Shown: positions 31,666-42,829 of the stretch, piece by piece
Numbering within the stretch: the first letter of the stretch is position 1
Layout: each line of letters opens with the position of its first letter
Source: Spirochaetia bacterium
GTDB lineage: Bacteria > Spirochaetota > Spirochaetia > SZUA-6 > Bin103
NCBI GenBank assembly: GCA_965208575.1
Contig: CBDBOV010000003.1
Coordinates: 256,001-320,000 of the forward strand
Reading direction: 5' to 3'
DNA: 64,000 bases
Made by a program: the position numbers and the translations under genes
Notes under the pieces: model-generated
Databases searched by the model: none
The model's input: the letters and a program-made list of their open reading frames with translations, nothing else
What the model was told of the DNA's origin: nothing

Positions 31666-31768
31666 GCGCGACCCACCGCGTTCACCGCGTTGCGACACCG
31701 CCAACCGGCCACTGCGCTGGCTGTCGTCATGGCTCGTCATCATTCGTCGAACCCGTAGGCGAGGCACA

Positions 31769-32290
31769 CTAGTGTCCCGCATCAGAAATTCTTTCGCAGT
31801 ACTTCTTGACTGATTCAAGGATTTGGTCAGGGCTCTTGGTCCAGATGAATGGCTTGGGGTCCTCGTTGTAAACCGCCAAGTAGTCGTTGATCGCCTTCTC
31901 CAACTCCCTGGTGCTCCGATGGCTGCCACGTCGGATCTGCTTCTCGGTGAGCGCCGCGAACCAGCGCTCGACCTGGTTGAGCCACGACGCGCTGGTCGGC
32001 GTGAAGTGCAGATGGAAGTTCGGTCGGCGGGCCAGCCAGTCATGAATCATCGCCGTCTTGTGGGTACCGTCCACAACACCACCGCTCGCTCCGGTGGATG
32101 CAGGTACAGGCCGTCCGTGTCGTGCCAAGCTTGTCCGCTACTTCCAGGTCACTCTTCCCGGTCGCGCTCTCCAAAATGATCCGCGCGCGCAACGCCAGTG
32201 CTTGAGAAGTGGTGGTCCGCCTTACCCAGCGTCGCAATTCCTGCAGTTCCTGATCCGAAGGATCTGGAATCTGGCGTCTCGGTACCGACC
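31769..32290 (-). mobile_element. IS630-family remnant, internally deleted
   Basis: N-part QALALRARIIL and C-part HFTPTSASWLNQVERWF...PKPFIW; core missing. Confidence 0.8.
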
Positions 32291-33263
32291 GCGCTACGTA
32301 GCCGGGGCGACGTACCGCGTGCGGCGCAGGTAGGTTGGAGGGACTTGCTTTCGTCCCTCTTGCACCGGTCGGTCGTGGCGCCGTGGGCCGGCGGGCCGGC
32401 GGAGCGCCGCCGCGAGACCACCCACTCTCTACGGTCGCCGGCCGGTTCCATGGCTTGCAGCATCCCGGGGTTGTGCGTAGAGTCTCGTTCATGAGCCACG
32501 CTGCTCTCCCGACCGACTCGGCAAAAGGCGCGATGGCGGCGCCTGTCGCTCCGGTCATTCCGCTGGAGAATGGAGATCGGCTGCCCCGTTGCGAGTTTGA
32601 GCGGCGCTATCTCGCCCAGCCCGAGATCAAGAAGGCGGAACTGATCGAGGGGGTAGTCCATGTGCCGTCGCCCGTCCGCGCGACCCATGCCGAGAAGCAC
32701 GGCGACCTGTTGGCATGGCTGCGCGTTTACAGCGCATCGACCCCCGGCGTCTCGGTGCTCGACAACGCCACCGTGCGTCTGGACCTCGACAACGAGCCGC
32801 AGCCCGACGTGCTCATGCGCATCAAGCCGGCCGCCATCGGCCGGTCGCGACTCGACGCCGACGACTACGTGAGCGGAGCGCCCGAGTTGGTGGTCGAAGT
32901 GGTGGCGAGCAGCGCAGCCTACGACCTGCATGACAAGCTGCACGCCTACCGCCGCAACGGGGTGCCCTATTGCCTCACGTAAAAATCTAACCTTACGGTG
33001 AGCGTGCCTCACGTAAGAATCTAACCGAAAGGGAGGCGGAGAACGAGGGGGGAGCGCGAGGGGGGAGACTCATAAATTGTGGATAAGTGGATAGGCTGCT
33101 GGGCGACCGGCCGGGTTGATTCAAGCACACCAACGCGACCGGGGGCGTATCTGGTTGGTCGGCGCGGATGAGGAGGCGTCAACGGCAGGGAGGTGGTCGG
33201 TGCCGTGTCGTGTCGCTGACCGAAGAGGGGGCGGACGGGTCTGGAGGCGACTTCGGTGCTGGT

Positions 33264-33345
33264 GACACGGGGATGTCCAGACACCACCTCGTGTCGCGGA
33301 GAGGCCTTACAGCGCGGCTGAGGCGACATTTCTTGACGCCGACCG
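33264..33345 (+). repeat. About 82-bp direct repeat, copy 1 (copy 2 at 35236-35318)
   Basis: GACACGGGG..CCAGACACCACCTCGTGTCG..GGCCTTACAGCGCGGCTGAGGCGAC; internal palindrome. Confidence 0.9.
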
Positions 33346-33672
33346 TCTGGCTCACGGATATACGGGCGTCAGAGACGCTCAGAAGTCATTTGCCGAGCCG
33401 GGTGATGCCGCCCACGCCGCGAGCGGCGCGCAGGTTGCTGCGGAGCGCACGGAGCGAGGCGCCCCGGACAACTGCACCGAGGTGCGTTGCCCGGGGCAGG
33501 GTCATGACAATTCCCCACCGCCGGGACGGGGTAGGCGACGAGGTTGCGACACCGGAGCCGTCGGGATCGAACGGGGCGGAGGAGATGCTGTACCCCGCTG
33601 ACGGACGGAGGGCGTAGCCCGACCGGAGTCAGCCGGCGCGGTGCCGTGGAGGCCACCGTGGACGACGCCGAG

Positions 33673-35217
33673 ATGGCGGACCAGGCAGCCAAGCTGCTCG
33701 CTTCCGGGATGAGCGGCTCAGCCTGCGCTCGCGAACTCGGCATCCCGGTGAGCACCTTCAACGAGAACCGCCGCGCCGGCGTCATCACAGATCCCACCCG
33801 GGAGCCCGCCGCCAGCGCCGAGGTTGCGCCGGCGGCCACCACCACTGATCACCCGGTCAGCACCGCCGCCGCGGTCAGCGACCCGGCGGTCGCCACTGAG
33901 CGCGCCAGCCGCGACGCCCGCGACAAGCACGCGCCCATGGGCCGCGCGGCGCGCGACGTGGAACGCCGCACGCTCGCCAGAGCCGGCCTGCTGACCGAGG
34001 CCACACCAGCGTTCGTCGAGCCCGCCCACGCGGTCGCTGGCGGCGGCGTGCTGGCCGCACTGGCGATGCTGCTGCGCGAGGGCCTGCTCACCGCCGCCAA
34101 CCGCCTGTTCCGCCTGCCGGCCGGATTCTACGGCCTGACCACCATCCTCCTGTTCGTCGCCTGCATGACCCTGGCCCGGGTGCGCAACCCCGAGAGCCTG
34201 CGCTACCAGGCACCCGGCGAGTGGGGCGCCATCCTCGGCCTCGACCGCTGTCCGGAGACCAAGACGCTGCGCCGCAAGATCAGGCTGCTGGCCAGCGCCG
34301 AGCACACCGTGCGCGATTGGCAATCGGTACTGGCGCGTACCTGGGCCAGCGAGCACGACGACGACTGGACGACGCTGGCCGTGGATGGCCACGTGAAGGT
34401 GTACACCGGGCGCAACGGGCGGTTGCCGAAACACTTCGTCGCACGCCAGAAGCTGTGTCTGCCGGCGTCGGTGAGCTACTGGATCAACGCCCTCGGCGGC
34501 GCACCGCTGCTGTGCCTGCACAAGGCGCTGGACCCGAAGCCGGTGAATGCGATCAAGCACGACGTGGTGCCGCAGTTGCAGCACCTGGGGGTGGTGACCG
34601 AAGCGGCCCCCGACCTGACCGGAGCACCGGCCGGTACCCCGCAGCTGACCCTGGTGTTCGACCGCGAGGGCTGGAGCCCGGACCTGTTCAAGCGCCTGGC
34701 CCGGCGTGGCATCGCCTGCATCACCTGGCACAAGAACTTCAACGGCGCGGACTGGCTGCCGGAAGACTTCCACACCTTCGAGGTACCGATCCATGGTCCC
34801 GCCGGCACCAGCACGACTGCGGTTGATCTGGCCGAGCAGCCGATCATGCTGCGCAACGGGCTGGTGGTGCGCCAGATCCGGCGGCGTCTGGCCAACGGTC
34901 GTCAGGTGGCGGTGATCACCACGCACCCGCAGATGCCGTTGGCGCAGGTCGCCGGCGCCATGTTCTCGCGCTGGTCGCAGGAGAACTTCTTCAAGTACCT
35001 GCGCGAGCAGTTCAACCTTGACGCGCTGCCGAGCCATGACCTTGCGCCGCCGGAGCCCGACGCACGGGTCGTGAACCGGTGCGCCGGGCCCTGGAAAAGA
35101 GCATCAGGCGGGTACGCAGCCGGCTGGCAGCGGTCCGCAATCGCCTCGCCGAGGCACTGCAGGGACGGCACCGGGACTCCGCCACCCGGCTTACGGTCGC
35201 GGATAAAGTTGCACTGA
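33673..35217 (+). pseudogene. Putative DDE transposase, 3' frameshifted/truncated
   Basis: HTH, VDGHVKVY, VFDREG, RWSQENFFK motifs; degenerates after about 35080; start uncertain. Confidence 0.65.
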
Positions 35218-35359
35218 ATTGCATGGTTATGCATAGACACGGGGGTATCCAGACACCACCTCGTGTCGTGGAGGGGCCTTACAGCGCGGCTGAGGCGACG
35301 TTTTCTCATCGCTGACCGCCCATTCTCCGATTATCGACCGTCAGACCCGCCTGAGAGGG

Positions 35360-36634
35360 TCATTTTGCCGTGCGACCGCTGCCACCACGCTCCTCGCTCG
35401 GTGTTTGCACCGTGCTTGGTGCGGCCTTGGCGGTCTTGCTGACGTTCAGCTGCAGCAGATCCTCGGTCAACCTGGTCAGCTCGCGCTTGAGGGCGACCGG
35501 ATTCAACGTCGCGTACTGCTGCTTGAGGCGGTTCTTCACCTTCTCGCTCACCGACTCGGAGGCCAGCATGCGGTGATACGGCGTCTGCGGGTCGTCATAG
35601 ATGCGGCGCACCTTGCTGCCGGTGCGGGTTTTCTTCACCAGCTTCACCGAGGGATAGAAGAAGTTCACCAGCAGGCACAGCGGGCGGTATATCGCGTTGA
35701 GGGCAGCCAGTTCCCGGTCGGTGTCGTAACGCAGGTGGCCGACCGCCCGTCGCACCACGTGGCCATTCTTCTGCTCGACGTAGCAGGTGTCGTTCTTGCG
35801 ATGCGGGCGACCCCGAGTGAACGTGATGCCGTGCGCTTCGCAATAGCGCAGCAAATGATGATTGATGAACTCGCTGCCGTTGTCGGTGTCGATCCCCCGC
35901 ATCACGATCGGCAGGCTCTGCCGGGCAGCGTCGATCGCCTCGTGGGTCCAGCGCTGCGCCTTGTTCTGCACGCCGTACAGGTCGACCCAGCCGGTGTCAA
36001 CGTCGGTGATGGTGAGCGTGTGGCAGAAGTCGCCTGACGCGTTGCCGCCTTCATGGCCCACCAAGTCGATCTCGAAGAAGCCCGGCTCCTGCTCGTCCCA
36101 GTCAGCGAAGGTTCGGATCGCGATCTGATCCTTCAGGAGGGTGCCCGGCTTGGTGTGCGTGCGACCCTTCAGGCGCAGCCGTGCGCGCTCCTGCTGCAGC
36201 AGCCGGTCGATGGTCGCGGCGCTGATGGTCTGCAGCTTGCCGCGCACCGCTGCGGTCAGCTCGATCTCGCCGAACGACTCCAGCGTCGGCAGCATGGTGC
36301 GCAGCACGACCACCAGGCGCTTGCCGCACATGCAGTCGAACACGTACCAGATCAGCTTCAGAGCGACCAGCACCTCCTGGTCGTAGCGCCGCGGTCGCAC
36401 GCGGCGCTGGGCAGGCCGCGGACGCCCGACCACCAGCTTCACCAGTGTGCCGTCGACTCGCACCATGCGGGTCCGTCCCCACCAGGTCAACAGATGGATC
36501 GCGTACTTGCGCTGGTACCCGGTCGACTCGACGAACTCGTCGAGTATGCGCCCCTTCTCCTTCTTGCCCGCCCGACGATACCGCTGCGCGTGCTGCTCGG
36601 TGAGCTCTCGCCTTGAACTCATCTTCAACCCCAT
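35360..36634 (-). CDS. ISNCY-type DDE transposase (integrase core)
   Basis: EIDLVGH, DTDNGSEF, KND..YVEQKN. Confidence 0.88.
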   Translation of the reverse strand: MGLKMSSRRELTEQHAQRYRRAGKKEKGRILDEFVESTGYQRKYAIHLLTWWGRTRMVRVDGTLVKLVVGRPRPAQRRVRPRRYDQEVLVALKLIWYVFDCMCGKRLVVVLRTMLPTLESFGEIELTAAVRGKLQTISAATIDRLLQQERARLRLKGRTHTKPGTLLKDQIAIRTFADWDEQEPGFFEIDLVGHEGGNASGDFCHTLTITDVDTGWVDLYGVQNKAQRWTHEAIDAARQSLPIVMRGIDTDNGSEFINHHLLRYCEAHGITFTRGRPHRKNDTCYVEQKNGHVVRRAVGHLRYDTDRELAALNAIYRPLCLLVNFFYPSVKLVKKTRTGSKVRRIYDDPQTPYHRMLASESVSEKVKNRLKQQYATLNPVALKRELTRLTEDLLQLNVSKTAKAAPSTVQTPSEERGGSGRTAK

Positions 36635-36741
36635 CTCCTCCGGAACCTCCTCACGTCCCTCGGAGAGGCTCCAACCGGACCCGGAAGGTCCAGCCCGTTC
36701 GGTTAGATTTTTAGATGAGGCATGCTTTCGCTACGGTTAGA

Positions 36742-38718
36742 CCGAGGTTTGAGAGGCCGTTCTTGTAACTGTTTCCTATTACAGGAATTAGCGTGTTCAT
36801 GGGTGTAAATCGTGTCCATGTAAATAGTCCTGTGGTTCAGCGTTAATTTTCTCTCATCTGGTTGACATGTAATTATTAAATGATCTACCATTCCCTCCGT
36901 AGGGTGCCCATGTACATCGACACCGTCCCCAACCGCAACTCTCCCCCAGCCGTCCTCCTCCGCGAGTCCTTCCGCCAGCACGGCAAGGTCAAAAAACGCA
37001 CCATCGCCAACCTCTCCAAGTGGCCCGATCACCTCGTCGAGGGTTTGCGCGTCCTCCTCAACGGCGGTATCGCTCTGCGCTCTCCCAACGAACTGCTCTC
37101 CATCTTGCGCAGCTATCCCCACGGCCACGTCGCCGCCGTCCTCGGTTCCCTCCGCAAGCTCTCCCTCCATTCCCTCGTCGCTCGTCCCGCCTCCCGTGAA
37201 CGCGACCTGGTCGTCGCCATGATCGTCGCTCGCGTCGTCGACGCTCGCTCCAAACTCGCCACCGCTCGCGGCCTGAACCCCGAAAGCGCCGTCTCCTCCC
37301 TCGGCCACCTGCTGCAGTTGGGAGCCGTCGACGAGAATGAGCTGTATGCCGCCATGGATTGGCTGCTCGCTCGCCAGCACGGCATCGAGCAGCGCTTGGC
37401 CAAGCGCCATCTGCATGACAACACGCTCATGTTGTACGACCTGACTTCCAGTTACTTCCATGGCCACACCTGCCCGTTGGCGCGCCGTGGTCACAGCCGC
37501 GACGGCAAACGCGGCACCTTGCAGATCGTGTTCGGCCTGCTGTGTACCGCAGACGGCTGTCCCATCGCCGTCGAGGTATTCGAGGGCTCCACCAGTGACC
37601 CCAAGACGGTCGCCGCTCAGGTCGACAAGATTCGCAACCGTTTCGGCTTGCAGCGCGTCGTGCTGGTCGGCGACCGCGGCATGCTCACCGGCGCGCGCAT
37701 CCGCGAGGACCTGCAGGGGATCGACGGCCTGCGCTGGATCACGACCCTGCGGGCGCCCACCATCCGCAAGCTGATCGAGGCCGGCGAAGTGGCGCAGACC
37801 ATGTTCGACGAGCGTGACCTGGCGGAGATCAGCTCACCCGAGTTCCCCGGCGAGCGGCTGATCGTGTGCCGCAACCCGATCCTGGCCGAGCAACGGCAGC
37901 GCAAGAGGCAGAAGTTGCTGGCCTCCACGGAGGAGGAACTGACGCCGATCGTGACGGCCACGCAGCGCGCCAAAAAGCCGCTGCGCGGCGCCGCCGCGAT
38001 CGGCCTGCGGGTGGGCAAGGTGATCAACCACTACAAGGTGGGCAAGCATTTCACCACCACCATCACCGACGACTCGTTCTCGTTCGTGCGTGACCTGGAC
38101 AAGATCGCGGCCGAGGAAGAACTGGACGGGCTCTACATCGTGCGCTCCAACGTGGAGCCGGAGCTGTTCGACGCCGAGCAGACGGTGACGGCGTACAAGG
38201 ATCTGGCCAAGGTGGAGCGCGCCTTCCGCAGCATGAAAACGGTGGATCTGAAGGTGCGACCGATCTATCACCGCAGTGCTGACCGGGTGCGGGCGCACGT
38301 GTTCCTGTGCATGCTGGCCTACTACGTGGAGTGGCACATGCGCAGCAAGCTGGCGCCGGTGCTGTTCGACGACCACGACCGCGCCGCCGGCGAGGCGCTG
38401 CGCGAGTCGGTGGTGCAACCGGCGGAACGCTCACCGGCCGCACACCGGAAGGCGGCGAGCAAGCGTACCGACGACGGTCTGCCGGTGCACAGCTTTCGCA
38501 GCCTGATGAGCGAGTTGGGGACGCTGACGGCCAACCGCGTGCGGATAGTGGATAGCGGCGCCACGTTCACCATGCACAGCGAACCGACCGCGCTGCAGCA
38601 GCGCTGTTTCGATCTCCTGGAGGTCAGCGCCCAAGTGTAGCCAGTAACGGACATCGGCTGTTGAGCGCAATTTTCAGATCAATAACGAATTAACAAGATT
38701 CCCGCTCTGGAACTTCGG
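36742..38718 (+). mobile_element. IS1634-family element
   Basis: TSD GTTAGA 36736-36741 and 38719-38724; IRs CCGAGGTTTGAGAG / CTCTGGAACTTCGG. Confidence 0.9.
36910..38640 (+). CDS. IS1634 transposase
   Basis: YDLTSSYF, GHSRDGK, VGDRGM, VERAFR..K. Confidence 0.92.
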   Translation: MYIDTVPNRNSPPAVLLRESFRQHGKVKKRTIANLSKWPDHLVEGLRVLLNGGIALRSPNELLSILRSYPHGHVAAVLGSLRKLSLHSLVARPASRERDLVVAMIVARVVDARSKLATARGLNPESAVSSLGHLLQLGAVDENELYAAMDWLLARQHGIEQRLAKRHLHDNTLMLYDLTSSYFHGHTCPLARRGHSRDGKRGTLQIVFGLLCTADGCPIAVEVFEGSTSDPKTVAAQVDKIRNRFGLQRVVLVGDRGMLTGARIREDLQGIDGLRWITTLRAPTIRKLIEAGEVAQTMFDERDLAEISSPEFPGERLIVCRNPILAEQRQRKRQKLLASTEEELTPIVTATQRAKKPLRGAAAIGLRVGKVINHYKVGKHFTTTITDDSFSFVRDLDKIAAEEELDGLYIVRSNVEPELFDAEQTVTAYKDLAKVERAFRSMKTVDLKVRPIYHRSADRVRAHVFLCMLAYYVEWHMRSKLAPVLFDDHDRAAGEALRESVVQPAERSPAAHRKAASKRTDDGLPVHSFRSLMSELGTLTANRVRIVDSGATFTMHSEPTALQQRCFDLLEVSAQV

Positions 38719-39138
38719 GTTAGATTTTCGATGAGTCAATGCGGGTGCTGGAGTACCTGGTGTGGCGGGTATACGATGACGTAATCGACTGGTTCGTGCT
38801 TACCGAAGACGAGTACCGGCCCCTGGCGCCGGATGCCGCCGGGATTCTGTACAGCCAGACGTTCGCCGGTCTGCGCCTTGCCTCCAACGCGCTCCTCGCC
38901 GGCGACTTCGCCGGCGTGCTGTCCGAGTTGAGCAACGGCATCGCCACCCCTGAGCATTCCGCGTTCGTCGCCAAACTGGGATCGGCGTCCGCTCGATAGT
39001 CCGCCTCTCAGGTGCCGCGGTCGCGGAGTCAGCGGTCACGTAGCGTCGTCCAGTCACTCGGGTCGACGGCGGCACCCGCGCCCGCGCAGTCCGGCCCACC
39101 GTCCCGTATGCAGTCCACCCGGTCGCAATCGGCGCCAC

Positions 39139-39380
39139 CCTGGTGCGCCACGTGCTGCCCAACATCGCCGCGCCGCTGATCGTGATCTTCAGCATCAACG
39201 TCGGCAGCGTGGATCATCGCGATGGAGGAATTCGCGAACGGCGGATCGCCCGCTCCACCACGCTGGCCGATCTGAGCCCGGCATCCGTGGGCCGTGTGCT
39301 GGCGCCGCTGCGCCGCGGCGATGACCTGCTGGCCGAACTGCTCGACGATGATCGGGATTGATACGACGTTCCTGGATGAG
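39139..39380 (+). pseudogene. oppC fragment fused to a VapBC-like remnant
   Basis: 39139-39210 identical to 8394-8465; then antitoxin-like C-terminus and PIN-type start MIGIDTTFL at 39348. Confidence 0.65.
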
Positions 39381-39467
39381 AGGCCACGGGCTCGGTCGCA
39401 AACGACTGCTCGACACAGTCAGTCGATTGCCCTGGCACTACCTGCAACTGCTCTTGACGAAACGCGT

Positions 39468-39973
39468 TTGACACCTGGCCTCGTCCATGCCATGGTTGCG
39501 CGAAGCGGGCCGATGCGTATGACGCGTAACGACACCCTTCAGCGTTGCTTCCGGACGGTGGTCTTGCAACCGGTGCGCCCCCCGGCCGCGGAGGCGATAC
39601 ACCTAACTCTCCATCCTGCAGAAACAACCGAACGCTCCGGGCGACCGGGCGGCGCGTACGGGTGCTCCTGCGCGTGCCCTCGCCTTCGGCATCACACCGT
39701 CGACTATCGAACTACCGAGCCAGACCATCCGGGCGGCCCAGGCGGCAACCCGCGCGTGAGATCCGCCAAACGGGGAGGTGCACGTTGGTACGCAAGGAAC
39801 CACGCCACGCGCGCGGCCTGAGCCCATGAGCCCATGAGGCACCCGCCGCGCGCACGACGATCCGTGATTGCCGCCGCTGTTTGGCCGCCCGCGTTGCGGG
39901 CGCGAGAGTGGCAGGGAGCGGCAACTCACCATGGCAGAACTCTCAACACACAGAGAATCGAGGAGTGATCAAT
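39468..39973 (+). promoter_or_regulatory. Conserved cassette leader U7
   Basis: TTGACA-N17-CATGGT; uORF1 39513-39821 with C6 at 39578-39583; GGGAGGTG then TTG uORF2 39785-39829. Confidence 0.72.
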
Positions 39974-41773
39974 ATGGATCTTCCAAGAATCGCACACACC
40001 TTCGTGTGTGTGCTCGTGCTCGGCTTGGCCGCAACCGGCCTGTGGGCGGCTGCGGCGGAAGAGGAGCCGGCCGCGGCGATGGAGAAGGAAATGGTGCGCG
40101 ACCCGGCCACCGGCGAGATGGTCAGCGCGCCTGAGTATGGCGGGACATTTACCTATGCCACGTCGCTCGAGGCTCCGCATGCCGACACCCACGTCAGTCA
40201 TCTCCCGGGGCTGGTCACCAGCGGTGTCACGGAGAAGCTCGGAATCATGGACTGGGCAGTAGACCGGGACGTGTTTTCGTTCAGTCACTGGTACATGCCG
40301 CCATCCCTCTTTGTACCGCACCTGGCTGAGAGCTGGGACACCCCTGACCCACTCACGATCATCTTCAACATTCGCCAGGGCGTGTACTGGCAAGACAAGG
40401 CACCGATGAATGGGAGAGAGCTGACCGCTGATGATGTCGTATTCAACTTTCATCGCCAGCTGGGCCTGGGCGACTTTGCCGAAGCCGGACCGAGCCCCTT
40501 TACGTATGAGCGGCCACCACTGGGCGGGTCGGTAACGGCCACCGACCGATACACGGTCGTTATCGAGCTGGCGGAGCCGAGCAGCGGAGCTCTTGGGCAG
40601 TATCTCGGCATCGGTCTCACCTACATAAACCCCCCCGAAGTCATCAAGGAACACGGTGACATGAAGGACTGGAGGAACCTGGTCGGTACCGGTCCCTACA
40701 TGCTGACCGACTGGACCGAGGGCAGCTCCATGACCTTGCAGAGGAATCCTGATTACTGGAAAGACGATGAGAAGTACCCGGGGAATCGTCTGCCCTATAT
40801 CGACGAGATACAGGGCCTTTTCATCAAAGAGGAAGCAACAATTCTGGCGGGACTGCGCACGGCCAAGATTGACTTCATGGGGAGCACTACCGGTCCGCCC
40901 AACATCACATCGGTCGAAGTGCTCGACAGCATCCGCAAGAGCAATCCCGAAATCGTGCTGCAGCCGTGGTGGAGCCGTTCCGTAAACTCGTTTGTTATGG
41001 ACGCGAGCAAGCCGCCCTTTGACGACATCAGGGTGCGCAAAGCAATGCAGATGGCAATCGACCTCGAGGGCATTGACCGCGACTTCTACAAGGGCACTTC
41101 GATGTGGCAGCCTCAGGGGATAGTGGGGGAAGGCATCACCGAGTATTTCACCCCATTTGAAGAGTGGCCAGAAGAGGTCAAGAAGGGCTATCGGTACGAT
41201 CCGGCGGGGGCGGAAGCCTTGCTGGATGAGGCCGGATATCCGCGCGGTGCGGACGGCACCAGATTCAATACCACACTGAACGTTTCTGCTACACTCGATA
41301 TAGGCTACAGCGAACTGGCTGGTACGTACTGGGCTGAGATCGGCGTCGACGTGCAGATCAACCCATGGGATACTGGCCCCTTTGGGGCTGCTCGAAGGGA
41401 CCGTACTTGGGACGGTCTGATGTGGGAGCCTCTGGGCACGAATGGTAATCCCATGTCGTATATACGCGGCTCCGTACACTCGAGCAGTATGAATGACTTG
41501 CACGGAATCAGGTATCCTGAGTTGGACTCCCTTATTGAAGCCGCCGAAGCCACTGATTCCGAACAGGAGCGGCAGAAACTGGCTAAAGAGGTGGATCTGT
41601 ACACCATGGCGAACCACTGGTGGATATGGGGCCCTAAAACCGGCAGCTACATGGCGCACCAGCCGTGGATCGCCGGCTTCAACGGTGAAGTCTGGCTGGG
41701 ACGCATGGACTTCCTCACCGTCATCGCGCGCGTCTGGATCGACAGTGCGCTGAAGGCGGAAATGGGCAATTAG
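39974..41773 (+). CDS. ABC SBP family 5 (U7)
   Basis: GAGGAG RBS, family motifs. Confidence 0.92.
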   Translation: MDLPRIAHTFVCVLVLGLAATGLWAAAAEEEPAAAMEKEMVRDPATGEMVSAPEYGGTFTYATSLEAPHADTHVSHLPGLVTSGVTEKLGIMDWAVDRDVFSFSHWYMPPSLFVPHLAESWDTPDPLTIIFNIRQGVYWQDKAPMNGRELTADDVVFNFHRQLGLGDFAEAGPSPFTYERPPLGGSVTATDRYTVVIELAEPSSGALGQYLGIGLTYINPPEVIKEHGDMKDWRNLVGTGPYMLTDWTEGSSMTLQRNPDYWKDDEKYPGNRLPYIDEIQGLFIKEEATILAGLRTAKIDFMGSTTGPPNITSVEVLDSIRKSNPEIVLQPWWSRSVNSFVMDASKPPFDDIRVRKAMQMAIDLEGIDRDFYKGTSMWQPQGIVGEGITEYFTPFEEWPEEVKKGYRYDPAGAEALLDEAGYPRGADGTRFNTTLNVSATLDIGYSELAGTYWAEIGVDVQINPWDTGPFGAARRDRTWDGLMWEPLGTNGNPMSYIRGSVHSSSMNDLHGIRYPELDSLIEAAEATDSEQERQKLAKEVDLYTMANHWWIWGPKTGSYMAHQPWIAGFNGEVWLGRMDFLTVIARVWIDSALKAEMGN

Positions 41774-41856
41774 CTCTCCCTCCGGAGGGGGACAGGACAA
41801 CGGATTGTCCTCCTCCGAGGGTCAGATGACGGGAAGATCGCGGTGAGGCGCAGCAC

Positions 41857-42810
41857 ATGAAAGCCCACGTCATCAGGCGGTTGCTGCTGGTCATCCCCAC
41901 CCTGTTCATCCTCAGCATCCTGGTCTTTCTGTCGGTCCGCTTCATTCCGGGTGATGTGATCGACGTGATGCAAGGCAGGCTGGGCGGCCTGGGGCAGGTG
42001 GACCGTGCAGCGCTCGAGCGGATGCTGGGACTGGACCAGCCGGTGTACGTGCAGTACGGGCGCTGGTTGGGCGATATCCTGCTGCACGGCAGCCTGGGCC
42101 GCTCGCTGATGGGCGACTGGTCGGTAGAGGAGAAGATTCTCGCTCGATTGCCGGTCACCATCGAATTGGGCGTGCTGTCAATCGTCATCGGGCTGTTGAT
42201 CGCGCTCCCGGTCGGCATCTACTCGGCGATTCGCCAGGATACGGCGGTCGACTACGCCGGCCGCTCCATCGCCATCCTGGGCCTGGCAACGCCCAACTTC
42301 TGGCTCGCCCTGATGGTGATGATCTACCCGGCGATCTGGTGGGGCTGGTCGCCGCCGATGCGGCTGATCACGTTCAGCGAAGACCCGCTGGGGAACCTGG
42401 GCATGTTCCTGATTCCGAGCCTGATCCTGGGGACCTACCTGGCCGCCGCCACCATGCGCATGACGCGCACCATGATGCTGGAAGTGCTGCGCCAGGACTA
42501 CATCAGGACGGCGTGGTCCAAGGGCCTGAAGGAGCGGGTGGTGGTGGTGCGGCACGCGGTCAAGAACGTGCTGATTCCGGTGGTTACGCTGATCGGCCTG
42601 CAGTTGCCCATCCTGGTAGGCGGCGCCGTGATCATCGAGAATATCTTCAACCTGCCCGGTTTGGGCCGCCTGATGCTGGTGGCTCTCACTGACAGAGACT
42701 TCCCGGTGGTCGCCGGCATCAACCTGGTGTTCGGCACCGCGGTGATGGGGATCAACCTGATGATCGACCTGGTCTATGCGGTCCTGGATCCCCGGGTCCG
42801 GTACCAGTAG
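41857..42810 (+). CDS. OppB-type permease (U7)
   Basis: Full-length. Confidence 0.93.
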   Translation: MKAHVIRRLLLVIPTLFILSILVFLSVRFIPGDVIDVMQGRLGGLGQVDRAALERMLGLDQPVYVQYGRWLGDILLHGSLGRSLMGDWSVEEKILARLPVTIELGVLSIVIGLLIALPVGIYSAIRQDTAVDYAGRSIAILGLATPNFWLALMVMIYPAIWWGWSPPMRLITFSEDPLGNLGMFLIPSLILGTYLAAATMRMTRTMMLEVLRQDYIRTAWSKGLKERVVVVRHAVKNVLIPVVTLIGLQLPILVGGAVIIENIFNLPGLGRLMLVALTDRDFPVVAGINLVFGTAVMGINLMIDLVYAVLDPRVRYQ

Positions 42811-42829
42811 GGGCCGGGGACGTGGCAGC

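Larger units (their letters stand above)
32966..38742 (-). mobile_element. ISNCY-like composite element
   Basis: GGGTGC direct repeat at 32960-32965 and 38743-38748; IRs ATTGCCTCACGTAAAAATCTAACC / GGTTAGATTTTCGATGAGTCAAT. Confidence 0.8.
32491..38999 (+). pseudogene. Uma2-family endonuclease split by nested insertions
   Basis: EPQPD, APELVVEV; halves 32491-32965 and 38749-38999 rejoin as YRRNGV-LEYLVW. Confidence 0.88.

Noticed and set aside
39898-39946. Glycine riboswitch (GAGAG..GGAGC..ACTCTCA resemblance)
   Set aside because: Lacks CCGAAG and CTCAGG cores; the U1 compensatory change implies a different pairing. cmsearch would settle it.
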